A DNA stretch of 64,000 nucleotides from Camelus ferus (taxonomy: Eukaryota). The notes below the pieces were generated by a model, which saw nothing but the letters and a program-made list of their open reading frames with translations, was not told where the DNA came from and made no database searches. How positions within the stretch are numbered: the first letter of the stretch is position 1; the number at the start of each line of letters is the position of its first letter. The position numbers and the translations under genes are program-made. The stretch covers positions 97,652,001 to 97,716,000 of the forward strand of contig NC_045696.1 of the NCBI RefSeq assembly GCF_009834535.1. Direction: 5' to 3'. Positions 63,901 to 64,000 of the stretch are shown here, piece by piece.

Positions 63901-64000
63901 AAGGAGAATATAAACTGACAACCATACTCTAACACAAAAACATGTGCATGGTATAAATTACTGTCTTGAGTTGATATACCATCTGAACAGCTTTGTAATT

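Noticed and set aside
1..64000. CRISPR arrays, operons or other prokaryotic-type systems; additional genes such as WWTR1 or TM4SF1 exons
   Set aside because: Mammalian sequence with no regularly spaced repeat-spacer array, and I recognised no exons other than those of TM4SF4.

Overview
Mammalian genomic DNA, probably camelid (inferred from five tRNA-derived Vic-1-like SINEs). The window holds one complete protein-coding gene, TM4SF4 (L6-family tetraspan protein), on the minus strand. It has five coding exons (28689-28516, 27778-27689, 16997-16861, 9932-9743, 6913-6896). All introns are GT-AG, and the spliced CDS is 609 nt (202 aa plus TAA), with a TATA box near 28900 and AATAAA at 6293-6298. 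The rest is intronic or intergenic sequence rich in L1, L2, MIR, MLT/MaLR and MER/hAT elements and microsatellites. Nearly all ORF-track entries are spurious. I found no convincing new multi-gene system. The most unusual items are structural: a 41-bp-arm inverted repeat next to a G-rich tract (50.3-50.5 kb); a patch at 1.82-1.93 kb apparently built from copies of two nearby sequences; a polyadenylated 28S rRNA retrocopy stacked on an L1 at the same target site; a TSD-flanked chimeric retrocopy; and a decayed pogo/Tc2-type transposase in intron 2. Repeat family names and human comparisons come from recalled consensus sequences, not database searches. Repeat boundaries are approximate.
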